Shown here in pieces: positions 41,552 through 50,026 of a stretch of 64,000 nucleotides of DNA. Within the stretch, counting starts at the first letter, position 1. Every line of letters starts with the position of its first letter. This DNA is from Candidatus Rokubacteria bacterium 13_1_40CM_68_15. GTDB taxonomy: Bacteria; Methylomirabilota; Methylomirabilia; Rokubacteriales; CSP1-6. The DNA lies in assembly GCA_001917585.1 (NCBI GenBank), contig MNEG01000048.1, positions 23,362 through 87,361 on the forward strand. The letters are read 5' to 3'. Below the pieces are notes generated by a model. That model searched no databases, was not told the origin of the DNA, and was given only the letters and a program-made list of their open reading frames with translations. The translations under genes and the position numbers were made by a program.

Positions 41552-41831
41552 CGCCGCGCACCGTTTCGCCGTCGATGTCGAGGAACACGAGCGGAGTCTC
41601 CGCCCTCACCCAGATCGCCGACGCGACCGCGCCCGTCTTGCTGTTGAGCCCTTGCCAGACGCCTCCGGCGGGGGCGCGATCATGGCCGCAGCGTGCGATC
41701 TCGCGCTTGTACTCCTCGAACCCGTCGTGGGCGAGCGCGCTCACCACATCGTCGAGCTCGGCAACCCACGCGCGTTGCTCCCCGGACCATCGCATCGTTC
41801 CGTTCTCTCGAAGTTCGGTCAACCGCTCCAT
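41544..41831 (-). CDS. Hypothetical small protein (95 aa)
   Basis: I prefer the internal ATG at 41831 (MERLTELRENG...), because the 49 residues upstream look non-coding (Ser, Arg and Ala rich). Confidence 0.45.
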   Translation of the reverse strand: MERLTELRENGTMRWSGEQRAWVAELDDVVSALAHDGFEEYKREIARCGHDRAPAGGVWQGLNSKTGAVASAIWVRAETPLVFLDIDGETVRGDV

Positions 41832-42096
41832 GCTTTCCACGGCGAGCCTCCGATCGTGACAACACGCCCCTGACGATGGTGTTCTCGCCGCCGCGGTGAA
41901 GAACAAAGGATGGCGTGCAAGCGAAAGGCCAGAGCGTTGCAACGCGTGGTCTGACGTCAAGCCGAGCTTCGTTGCCACGCCAGTTGCGTCCTCGCCATGT
42001 CCGGCGCAGCCGCGTCCCGACCGTGGCGCGGTGAAATTTGTAGAGACCGCGTGATCAAGTTGTAGAACGCGCTGTGGATAACCCGCGCTACGTCAC

Positions 42097-42112
42097 TGGC
42101 ACTTGCGTTGCA
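42097..42112 (+). promoter_or_regulatory. Sigma-54 (-24/-12) promoter, TGGCAC-N5-TTGCA
   Basis: An exact match to the consensus, tggcac ttgcg ttgca, about 36 nt upstream of the ATG at 42148. It is preceded by two TTGTAGA direct repeats at 42038 and 42060. Confidence 0.6.
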
Positions 42113-42147
42113 GCCCTGGCACGCTCGCACTCATCACGGAGGTGTCC

Positions 42148-42402
42148 ATGGATGGCCGTCGTCTGATCGAATCGCTCGTCCCGGAAATCGCGCCGAACGC
42201 GAGCGTCGTCGGGGTCGAGGAGCGCGAGCAGCATTACACCGTCACGATCGCGGGAACGACAGGGGTGCTGGCCGGCTGCGAAGTGCCACGTCACGCCGTC
42301 GATGCCGCGGAGCACGCGGGTGACGCGCGCGACCGTCTCATCGCCGTGCTCAAGCGCTGCGCCGACGACGTGGTCGCTGAAATTCCCGACGGCCGGGGCT
42401 AG
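42148..42402 (+). CDS. Hypothetical small protein (84 aa) downstream of the sigma-54 promoter
   Basis: The ATG at 42148 is preceded by ggagg. No family recognised. Confidence 0.5.
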   Translation: MDGRRLIESLVPEIAPNASVVGVEEREQHYTVTIAGTTGVLAGCEVPRHAVDAAEHAGDARDRLIAVLKRCADDVVAEIPDGRG

Positions 42403-42534
42403 CTCGGATAGCGTCGCCCAGTCACGACTCAGATCGCGTACGAAAGTAACCGCGAGTGAGTTTGCGTCGGGGCACGGGCGTGGCGAAGCCCGGGTGCCCG
42501 TGCCCACTTCAGAAATCGCGTCCAGACGATCAGG

Positions 42535-43611
42535 TCAGGCCAGGGCCTCCAGCAGGCGCACGTTCGCCGCGTGATCCCCCACGGCGATCCGCAAGTGCTC
42601 GGGAAAGCCGACCGCCGCGCCATCGCGCACGATGATCCCGGCGCGCAGGAGGCGCTGGAGCACGGCGCTCGCCTTGGGCACCTGCACCAGGAGAAAGTTC
42701 GCCTGCGACGGCGGAAACCCAAACCCGCGGCGGGACAGCTCGCGGGACAGAAACTCGCGCTCGCGGATCACGACGTCGCGGGTGCGATCCCAGTGGACGC
42801 GGTCCTCGAGCGCGGCGATCGCCGCGACCTGACCGAGGCGATTGACGTTGTAGGGCGCGCGCACGCGGTTGAGCCGCTCGGCGACGTCAGCCGTGGCGAC
42901 CGTGTAGCCCACACGCAGGCCGGCGAGCCCGGCGATCTTCGAGAAGGTTCGCAGCAAGATGAGGCGGGGATAGTGGGCCAGCAGGGCGATGCCGTCGGGA
43001 TACTCGGGATCCTCGCAGAAGTCGCAATAGGCCTCGTCGAGGATGATCAACGGTGCGTCGTTGCCGAGCGCGTCGAGGAAGGCGGTGAGTGGCGCCCGGC
43101 GGATGATCGTGCCGGCCGGGTTGTGCGGCGAGCACAGCACGACGGCCTTCGTCCTCGCCGTCAGTCGGCGGACCATGTCGTCCAGATCGGTCTCGTACTT
43201 CGCGAGCGGGCTGGGTACCGCCTGGGCGCCCATGAGCTCGACGACCGTCGTGTAGGGCTCGAAGGACGGCTGGGGGATGATCACCTCGTCCTCCGGCTCC
43301 AGGGCCGCCCAGCCGATGATGGCAAGCAACTCGTCAGCGCCGTTGCCGACGACGATCTGGGCCGGGGCGACGCCGAGTCGCGCGCCCAGTGCCTCGCGCA
43401 GGGTGGTCGAGCCCCCGTCGGGGTAGAGGTGGACGCGGGAGGCTTCCCGCACGATCGCCTCGACGACGTGGGGCGATGGACCGAGCGGGCTCTCATTGGC
43501 GGACAGGCGGACGAGGTCGCGCCGTCCGAGATCGGAGGCCAGCGCCTCCAGGGGCCGCCCCGGGTCATAGGGCGCAATTCGATCAACGACGGGACGCCAG
43601 ATTCGCCGCAT
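42535..43611 (-). CDS. hisC: Histidinol-phosphate aminotransferase
   Basis: LSANESPLGPSP, NPAGT, the LRTFSKIAGLAGLRVGY PLP-lysine motif. 358 aa from the ATG at 43611. The listed 1243-aa ORF upstream of this is an antisense shadow of glnD. Confidence 0.9.
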   Translation of the reverse strand: MRRIWRPVVDRIAPYDPGRPLEALASDLGRRDLVRLSANESPLGPSPHVVEAIVREASRVHLYPDGGSTTLREALGARLGVAPAQIVVGNGADELLAIIGWAALEPEDEVIIPQPSFEPYTTVVELMGAQAVPSPLAKYETDLDDMVRRLTARTKAVVLCSPHNPAGTIIRRAPLTAFLDALGNDAPLIILDEAYCDFCEDPEYPDGIALLAHYPRLILLRTFSKIAGLAGLRVGYTVATADVAERLNRVRAPYNVNRLGQVAAIAALEDRVHWDRTRDVVIREREFLSRELSRRGFGFPPSQANFLLVQVPKASAVLQRLLRAGIIVRDGAAVGFPEHLRIAVGDHAANVRLLEALA

Positions 43612-43680
43612 CTTGGCATTGTAATAAGTCCGCGTCCGATTTGACAGTATTCGCCGCGGATTGCTACGCTCTGCTTCGTC

Positions 43681-46353
43681 ATGTCGCCCGAGCTGTATCG
43701 CCGGGCCCGGCGCGCCGAGGCCAAGGCCGAGCGTGCGGACGACCGGCGGCGACTCCGGCTCGACTTCCTCCGTGCTGCCCTCGCCGAGGGGCTCGACTCT
43801 GTGAAGGTCATGCACGCCGGCGGCGCCTCCGGTCAGGAGTGCGTGCAGGCCCATGCCCGTGTGGTGGACGACCTTGTGCAGTCGCTGACGAAGCTCATTA
43901 CGACCGACACCGACGGTCTGGCGGCGGCGCCGCTCGTGGTCGTCGCGCTCGGCGGCTATGGCCGAGGCGAGCTCCATCCGTCGTCGGACATCGACCTCAT
44001 GGTGATCCACGACCGTGAGCTGTCCCCGTATGTCCAGCGGGTGACCCAGGAGCTGCTCTACACGTTGTGGGACCTCGGATTGCAGATCGGTCACAGCCTG
44101 CGCTCGCTGCCGGACTGTGTCGCGATCGCCCGGACCGATCTGGCCAGCCGCACCTCCATGCAGGCCGCCAGGTTCCTGGCCGGCGACCGTCGGTTGTTCG
44201 CCAAGTTCCGCCGTGTGCTCGAGGAGAACGTCTACCACCGGGACTTCGAGCAATTCCTGGCCGCGACCCTGGCCGAGCGCGATCAGCGCTACCGCAAGTA
44301 CGGCGCGTCGCCCTACATCGGCGAGCCGAACATCAAGGAATCGGCGGGCGGCCTGCGCGACATGCACACGGCGATGTGGCTGGCCGCCGCCAAGTTCGGC
44401 ACGCGCACGCTGCGGGAGCTCAGCGAGAAAGGGCTGATCACGCCGCGCGAGCAGGCGCACACGGACGCGGCCCTGACGTTCCTGTGGCGTGTCCGCAACG
44501 AGCTGCATTTTCTGGCCGGCCACAAGAACGACGTGCTCGGCCGGGACGTGCAGCCGGCCATCGCGCGGAACTTCGGCTACGAGGGTGACGAGCGGAGCCT
44601 CGACGTCGAGCGCTTCATGCGCGAGTACTACCTGCACGCGCGCGCCATCCATCGGGTCTCGAGGCGGCTCATCGCACGCTGCCAGGAGACGGTCACGGTG
44701 CGCGGAGCCGCCGAGCGGCGCAACCGCCACCAGGCCCTGGCCGACGGTCTGGTCTTCATCGATGGCCGCCTCCACCTCGCCGACCGCGACAGCGCCGTGT
44801 TCGCCACCGATCCGACGCGGCTCATGAAGGTGTTCTGGCATCTCCATCGACTCGGTTGCGAGCTTTCCCTCGAGCTGGAGCGCGCGGTGGAGGACTCGCT
44901 CGACCTGATCGACGACGGCTTCCGACGCTCGCCGGTCGTGCGGGAGCTCTTTCTCGACATCTGCCGGACGTGGGGGCGGGTGGCGGTGACCCTCTCCGAG
45001 ATGCACGAGCTCGGCGTGCTCGGGCGCTATCTGCCCGAGTTCGGCGCGCTGACCTGCCTGGTGCAGTACGACGTCTACCACAAGTTCTCGGCCGATCAGC
45101 ACTCGCTGCTGGCCGTCGAGCACATGGAGGCGCTGGCGCCGGGACAGTCGGCGGAGTCCGAGGGCGCCGCGCAGGTCTTCAGCGAGGTCGAGAAGCCCGA
45201 GCTGCTGATGCTCGGCATGCTGTTGCACGACATCGGTAAGGCGAAGGGCCACGGCCACGTCAAGAAGGGCATCCCGCTCATCCAGGCACTCTGCGCGCGC
45301 CTCGACCTGCCGGTCGCCGACGCGGCCGTCGTCGAGTTCCTGGTCGCCCATCACCTCACGATGTCCCACGTCGCCCAGCGTCGTGACATCGACGATCCGA
45401 AGACGATCGCCGACTTCGCCGCCGCCGCCAGCGATCCCCAGCGCCTCCGGATGCTCTACCTGCTGACGTGGGCGGACATGCGCGCGGTCGGGCCGGGCGT
45501 GCTCACGCCGTGGCAGGCGGTGATCCTGCACGAGCTCTACGCGCGCACGATGGCCCGCGTGACGGGAGGCCGCCAGGAGCGCCCGAACCGCGCCCAGCTG
45601 GCCGAGCGCGTGGTGCCGCTCGTCAAGCACGACGTGTCCGTGCAGGCGGTGAAGGGCCACCTGGCCATGATGTCTGAGCGCTATCTGGCGACGACGAGCG
45701 CGCAGCGCATCGCGGAACACCTGCGCCTGCTCCAGCGCCTCGAGGAGGCGCCGGTGGCGACCGAGCTGTTTCACCACCCCGATCTCGGCTCCTCGGACCT
45801 GGTCGTCGTCACCCGAGATCTGCCCGGTCTCTTCTCGCTGATCGCCGGCACGCTGGCCGCCCACGGGGTGAACATCATGTCGGCCCAGATTTCCACGCGC
45901 GGTGACGGCATCGCCATCGACACCTTCCAGGTGAACGATCCGACCGGGGAGACGATCACGTCGCCGGCCCACTGGCGGCGCACGCTGGCCGCGCTGCGCT
46001 CCGTGTTGACCGGTGAGGAGAGCGTGGACGCCCTGCTCGAGCGGCGCCGCGCCGCCGGCCGGCTGCCGACCGTGGTACCGGAGCCGCCCAGGATCGGGAT
46101 CGACAACACGCTGAGCGACGCCTTCACCGTCGTGGAAGTGAAGTGCCCGGACCGTCTCGGACTGCTCTATCTCATCACGCGCACGCTGTCGGCGTGCGGC
46201 CTCGACATCGGCAGCGCACGCATCGCGACCGAGATCGATCAGGCGTACGACACGTTCTACGTCCACGACGGCCAGGGCCGCCGCGTCGAGGATCCGGATG
46301 CCCTCGAGCGCTTGCGACAGGCGCTCGAGCAGGCGCTGGTGCAGCCCCTGTGA
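43681..46353 (+). CDS. glnD: [Protein-PII] uridylyltransferase/uridylyl-removing enzyme
   Basis: Nucleotidyltransferase domain GGYGRGELHPSSDIDL, HD domain LLHDIGK, and two C-terminal ACT-like domains. 890 aa. Confidence 0.9.
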   Translation: MSPELYRRARRAEAKAERADDRRRLRLDFLRAALAEGLDSVKVMHAGGASGQECVQAHARVVDDLVQSLTKLITTDTDGLAAAPLVVVALGGYGRGELHPSSDIDLMVIHDRELSPYVQRVTQELLYTLWDLGLQIGHSLRSLPDCVAIARTDLASRTSMQAARFLAGDRRLFAKFRRVLEENVYHRDFEQFLAATLAERDQRYRKYGASPYIGEPNIKESAGGLRDMHTAMWLAAAKFGTRTLRELSEKGLITPREQAHTDAALTFLWRVRNELHFLAGHKNDVLGRDVQPAIARNFGYEGDERSLDVERFMREYYLHARAIHRVSRRLIARCQETVTVRGAAERRNRHQALADGLVFIDGRLHLADRDSAVFATDPTRLMKVFWHLHRLGCELSLELERAVEDSLDLIDDGFRRSPVVRELFLDICRTWGRVAVTLSEMHELGVLGRYLPEFGALTCLVQYDVYHKFSADQHSLLAVEHMEALAPGQSAESEGAAQVFSEVEKPELLMLGMLLHDIGKAKGHGHVKKGIPLIQALCARLDLPVADAAVVEFLVAHHLTMSHVAQRRDIDDPKTIADFAAAASDPQRLRMLYLLTWADMRAVGPGVLTPWQAVILHELYARTMARVTGGRQERPNRAQLAERVVPLVKHDVSVQAVKGHLAMMSERYLATTSAQRIAEHLRLLQRLEEAPVATELFHHPDLGSSDLVVVTRDLPGLFSLIAGTLAAHGVNIMSAQISTRGDGIAIDTFQVNDPTGETITSPAHWRRTLAALRSVLTGEESVDALLERRRAAGRLPTVVPEPPRIGIDNTLSDAFTVVEVKCPDRLGLLYLITRTLSACGLDIGSARIATEIDQAYDTFYVHDGQGRRVEDPDALERLRQALEQALVQPL

Positions 46354-46372
46354 TCCCGAGGTACGCTCGATC

Positions 46373-49048
46373 GTGCTGAGTCGCTACCGGGATAGTCTCC
46401 GCGGCTGGACGGCTCCGATCGGCTACGCGCTGTTCCGCCTGCATCTCCGTCCCAATCACCTCACGCTGGCGGGCCTCGGCGTGAGCCTGCTGGCGGCCTC
46501 GGCGTTCGTCGCCGGGCGGACCCGCAGCGCCGGCCTGCTCCTGATCCTGGCCGGCCTGTTCGACTTCTTCGACGGATCGCTGGCCCGCGCCTCGGGTCAG
46601 GTCACGCCGTTCGGCGCCTTCCTGGACTCGGTGATCGACCGGTACTCGGACCTCGTCGTGCTGCTCGGCATCGTCGTGCTCTTCGCCCGTACCCCGCACG
46701 CGCGCGGCGCCATCCTCGCCATGGCCGCCCTGGTCGGCAGCGTGATGGTCAGCTACACGAAGGCGCGCGCGGAGTCGATCGGCATCGAGTGTCGCGTCGG
46801 GATGATGGAGCGGCCCGAGCGATTGATCTGCCTCATCGCCGGCGCGCTCCTGGACCTCCTCGAGCCGGCGCTGTGGGTGCTCGCGATCCTCGCCAACATC
46901 ACGGCGCTGCAGCGCATCGCGTTCACGCGACGGGCGATGCGCGACGCTGCGCTCCTGTCGCTGGTCGCGCTCGCGCTCATCCCGATGGCGGCCCTGGCGG
47001 GGCAACGGTCACCGCGAGCGTCGACCCACCGATCGTCGGCGCCACCGCCGATCCAGAGCGGAGCGCGTGCCGTCACGCCCGACATCGAGCGAGTGTGGGC
47101 GGAGGCAATCGTCCAGTACCAGCAGGGGAATACCGATCCGGTGGTCCGCGAGTTCGCGAGCGACGCGGCGCGGACGAGCCCGATCGCCGATTACCTCGGC
47201 TTCGTCCTCGCCGACGGCCTCGCCCGCGAGGGGGATCTGACTGCCGCCCGTGCGGTCGTCATCGCGATCGTGGACCGCCATGCCGACAGCCTCCTCGCAC
47301 CCGAGGCGCTGCTGGAGGCGGCGACGCTGGCGGCGCGCGCCGGCGACGACGAAGGCGCGCAGATCGCGCTCAAGCGGCTGATCGCGTCCTATCCCGATTC
47401 ACCGAGCTTGCCGGAGGCGCTCTACCTGCTCGGGCAGACGGGCGAGGCGCGGGGCCAGCGCGATGCGGCGGCGAGCGCGTACCGCGAGCTTCGTATCCTC
47501 GCGCCGACGACAGGCTGGGCCGACGGAGCCGAGGATCGTCTGGCGGCGCTGGCCGCGGCCGGCATCGCGATACCACCGTTGTCGACGACGCAGCGTCTCG
47601 ATCGGGCCGAGCGCCTCCTCAAGGGCGGCGTACCGAAGACGGCGTCCGACGAGGCCCAGCGGATCGCCGACGAGGCGGGCGATCCCGGCGTCGTCGTGCG
47701 CGCGCTGCGCATCGTCGCCGACTCCTCGGCACGTCTCGGGCGCTACGAGATAGCGGCGCGAACGCTCACGGTGGTCGCCGATCGAGTGGCCCCCGAGCGG
47801 CGCCCGGCCATCAGGCTCGAGCAGGCGCGACTGCTCCGGCGCGCCGGCCAGCGGGCGAAGGCGCTGGCCGTGCTGACGCAGGTGGAGGGCGCGCCGACGG
47901 AATCCGAGGCCGCCGAGGCCGGCTACCTCAAGGGCGAGACGCTCGAGGACATGGACCGCCACGTCGAGGCAGCGGCCACATACCGCGCGCTCGCCAGCCG
48001 CTACCCCACGCGCAACGTCGCCGGCCTGGCGCTGTGGCGCCTGGGTTGGATCGCGTATCTGCGTGGCGATCTTCCCGGCGCCGAGCAGGCGTGGGTCCGC
48101 GTCGGGGAGATTCCCGGCGGTCGTGCGCTTCGCGTACCGGCCCTCTACTGGGCCGGCCGCATTCGCGAGCAGACGACCGGCCTCGCCTCCGCCGAGCCGA
48201 CGTATCGCCGCGTGCTCGCCGAAGCACCGCGCTCGTACTACGGTGTCCTCGCGGCGAGCCGCGTCGCCGTCGACGGAGCGTCGGGGCCGGGTGCCGGTGA
48301 GCCGGCCATCCGGCTCCCCGCCGATCCCCGCGAGGCCGTCGTCGACGATCCCGGCTTCGTGCGCGTGGAGCTGTTGCGGCGCATCGGCCTCGTCGAGTTC
48401 GCGCTGCGTGAGCTGGGAGACGTCGTGCTGGCCTCGGTCCGGGATCCCGTCCGCCTCTACGGCGCGTCGGGCGCCTACGTCCGGGACGAGCGTTACCACC
48501 TCGCGCTGAGGATCCTCCGTCGGCACTTCACCGACGTGGCCACCGCCGGTCATCCGACATTGCCGCGCGCCTTCTGGGAGATGCTCTATCCCTTCGGCTG
48601 GCGCTCGGACGTCGCCGACGTCGCGCAACGGGCCGGGATCGATCCTTTCCTGGTGGCTGCGGTGATCCGCGAGGAGTCGAGCTATTACCCGAGGGCACAG
48701 TCCCGGGCCGGGGCCCGCGGGCTCATGCAGCTCATGCCGGGCACGGCCGGGCCGATGGCTCGCCATCGCGGGCTCGTGTTCAGCGACGAGCTGCTCGAGG
48801 ACCCGCGAGCCAATCTCGAGCTGGGCACCGCGTTTCTCGCCGGGCTGATGAAAGAGTTCCGCGATCCGCGGCTGGCGCTCGCCGCCTACAACGCCGGCGA
48901 CAACCGGCTGCGGCAATGGTGGAAGGCGCGGAAGACGAGTGACATGGAGGCGTTCGTCGAGCAGATCCCATTCGACGAGACGAAGCTCTACGTGAAGCGC
49001 GTCATGCTTGCCTGGTACGAGTACCGCCGGCTCTACGGCGCGCCGTAA
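46373..49048 (+). CDS. Single open frame that joins a CDP-alcohol phosphatidyltransferase domain (to about 46930) to a TPR-rich soluble lytic murein transglycosylase (SLT domain)
   Basis: N-terminal part: DFFDGSLAR...DSVIDRYSD, the D(x)2DG(x)2AR...D(x)3D motif. C-terminal part: AVIREESSYYP...GLMQLMP...AAYNAG. There is no stop between the two parts. An internal ATG at 46937 begins a signal-peptide-like MRDAALLSLVALALIPMAALAG. Confidence 0.7.
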   Translation: MLSRYRDSLRGWTAPIGYALFRLHLRPNHLTLAGLGVSLLAASAFVAGRTRSAGLLLILAGLFDFFDGSLARASGQVTPFGAFLDSVIDRYSDLVVLLGIVVLFARTPHARGAILAMAALVGSVMVSYTKARAESIGIECRVGMMERPERLICLIAGALLDLLEPALWVLAILANITALQRIAFTRRAMRDAALLSLVALALIPMAALAGQRSPRASTHRSSAPPPIQSGARAVTPDIERVWAEAIVQYQQGNTDPVVREFASDAARTSPIADYLGFVLADGLAREGDLTAARAVVIAIVDRHADSLLAPEALLEAATLAARAGDDEGAQIALKRLIASYPDSPSLPEALYLLGQTGEARGQRDAAASAYRELRILAPTTGWADGAEDRLAALAAAGIAIPPLSTTQRLDRAERLLKGGVPKTASDEAQRIADEAGDPGVVVRALRIVADSSARLGRYEIAARTLTVVADRVAPERRPAIRLEQARLLRRAGQRAKALAVLTQVEGAPTESEAAEAGYLKGETLEDMDRHVEAAATYRALASRYPTRNVAGLALWRLGWIAYLRGDLPGAEQAWVRVGEIPGGRALRVPALYWAGRIREQTTGLASAEPTYRRVLAEAPRSYYGVLAASRVAVDGASGPGAGEPAIRLPADPREAVVDDPGFVRVELLRRIGLVEFALRELGDVVLASVRDPVRLYGASGAYVRDERYHLALRILRRHFTDVATAGHPTLPRAFWEMLYPFGWRSDVADVAQRAGIDPFLVAAVIREESSYYPRAQSRAGARGLMQLMPGTAGPMARHRGLVFSDELLEDPRANLELGTAFLAGLMKEFRDPRLALAAYNAGDNRLRQWWKARKTSDMEAFVEQIPFDETKLYVKRVMLAWYEYRRLYGAP

Positions 49049-49095
49049 CCCCGCGCCGCCGCGTCACCTGGCGTCCTTCAGTTCGTTACGAATTG

Positions 49096-49214
49096 TCGGG
49101 TGGCGGGTTTCCCTCCGGAGACCCGTGTCTCAGGGGGTTGAGGGAACCTGAGGCAAGAAGACGGCGACGGCGTGATGTGGATTGCGTGGTCTCCGAGGGG
49201 AACCCGCCACCCGA
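49096..49214. repeat. Long imperfect inverted repeat (27-bp stem with one bulge, about 64-nt interior containing a second hairpin) in a convergent intergenic region
   Basis: tcgggtggcgggtttccctccggagacc at 49096-49123 pairs with ggtctccgaggggaacccgccacccga at 49188-49214. Inner stem: ctcagg at 49129-49134 with cctgag at 49147-49152. Confidence 0.8.
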
Positions 49215-49244
49215 TAAGGCGCCGACAGCTGAAAGGCGCGCAGG

Positions 49245-49928
49245 TCAGCGCTGGGGCGGAGTGTTCTTGGCGAGACCCTTTGGCTCGGCTTCGAGGGGTT
49301 CGAGAGCGGCAAGCCGATCCTCGAGATCGGGCTCGATCGCCAGCAACGGTGTGCCCTCGGGCGGGCCGTTGAGCGAGGCCGCGGCCTTCAACGCGGCGGC
49401 AAGCGTGCGGCGCGGCGCTTCGTGTCCCATCGCGCGCAAGATCTCGATGGTCCTGAGGTCGGCGTCGAGTGACTGATCCCGCGTGAAGGCACGAACGATG
49501 ACCGGGTTCACGAGGAAGTCCATCAGTCCCAGGCCCGGCACGACGAACCCGATCACGGTGAAGCCACCGGAGACGCCCAGCGACAGGGCGCGCCGCTTGC
49601 CGGCGTGCCCGAGCACCTCGTGGGCCACCTCGTGCGCAACGAAGGCGTCCACGTGCTCCGGGATCTGGGCGGCGAGGCCTTCCGAGAAGTAGAAGACGCC
49701 TTCCTCGTGCGTGACGGCAGCCACCTTCGAGGTCTGGATCATCGCGAACGAGTAGCGGGCGGGGTCGTCGCCGGCGGCAACGGCCGCGCGGTAGAGCGTT
49801 TCCGAGAGGCGCTTCGTATGGGGACCGGTCGCCTCCGGGTAGTACGCGCGCTCGGGAATGGGTGTGGGCAGCACGGCGCATGCGCTCGTAGCCAGGAGCA
49901 CGACGCCGAGGAGGACGACCCAACGCAT
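49245..49928 (-). CDS. M48-like zinc metalloprotease lipoprotein
   Basis: Start chosen at MRWVVLLGVVLLATSAC (lipobox). HEXXH motif in FVAHEVAHEVLGH. Confidence 0.65.
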   Translation of the reverse strand: MRWVVLLGVVLLATSACAVLPTPIPERAYYPEATGPHTKRLSETLYRAAVAAGDDPARYSFAMIQTSKVAAVTHEEGVFYFSEGLAAQIPEHVDAFVAHEVAHEVLGHAGKRRALSLGVSGGFTVIGFVVPGLGLMDFLVNPVIVRAFTRDQSLDADLRTIEILRAMGHEAPRRTLAAALKAAASLNGPPEGTPLLAIEPDLEDRLAALEPLEAEPKGLAKNTPPQR

Positions 49929-50026
49929 TCCAGCGATGCTACCCAATTGCCGCCCGCACATCCGTCGGAAAAAGGACGACAGCACCGCTGGGGTCGGCTC
50001 CGAGCGCCACTACCACGGGTAGGAGA

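Noticed and set aside
42535-46266. A 1243-aa minus-strand ORF, the longest in the track.
   Set aside because: Only its last 1077 nt (42535-43611) encode a recognisable protein (hisC, from an ATG with the normal N-terminus). The remainder is Arg, Gly, Ala and Val-rich antisense shadow of the well-supported glnD gene, as expected in high-GC DNA.
49096-49247. The M48 peptidase stop is a TGA (49245-49247) followed by the long inverted repeat. I considered a SECIS.
   Set aside because: The hairpin starts 31 nt downstream and has a 27-bp stem with a 64-nt interior, unlike bacterial SECIS elements. The frame after the TGA translates to Arg, Ser and Gly-rich nonsense with no family similarity.
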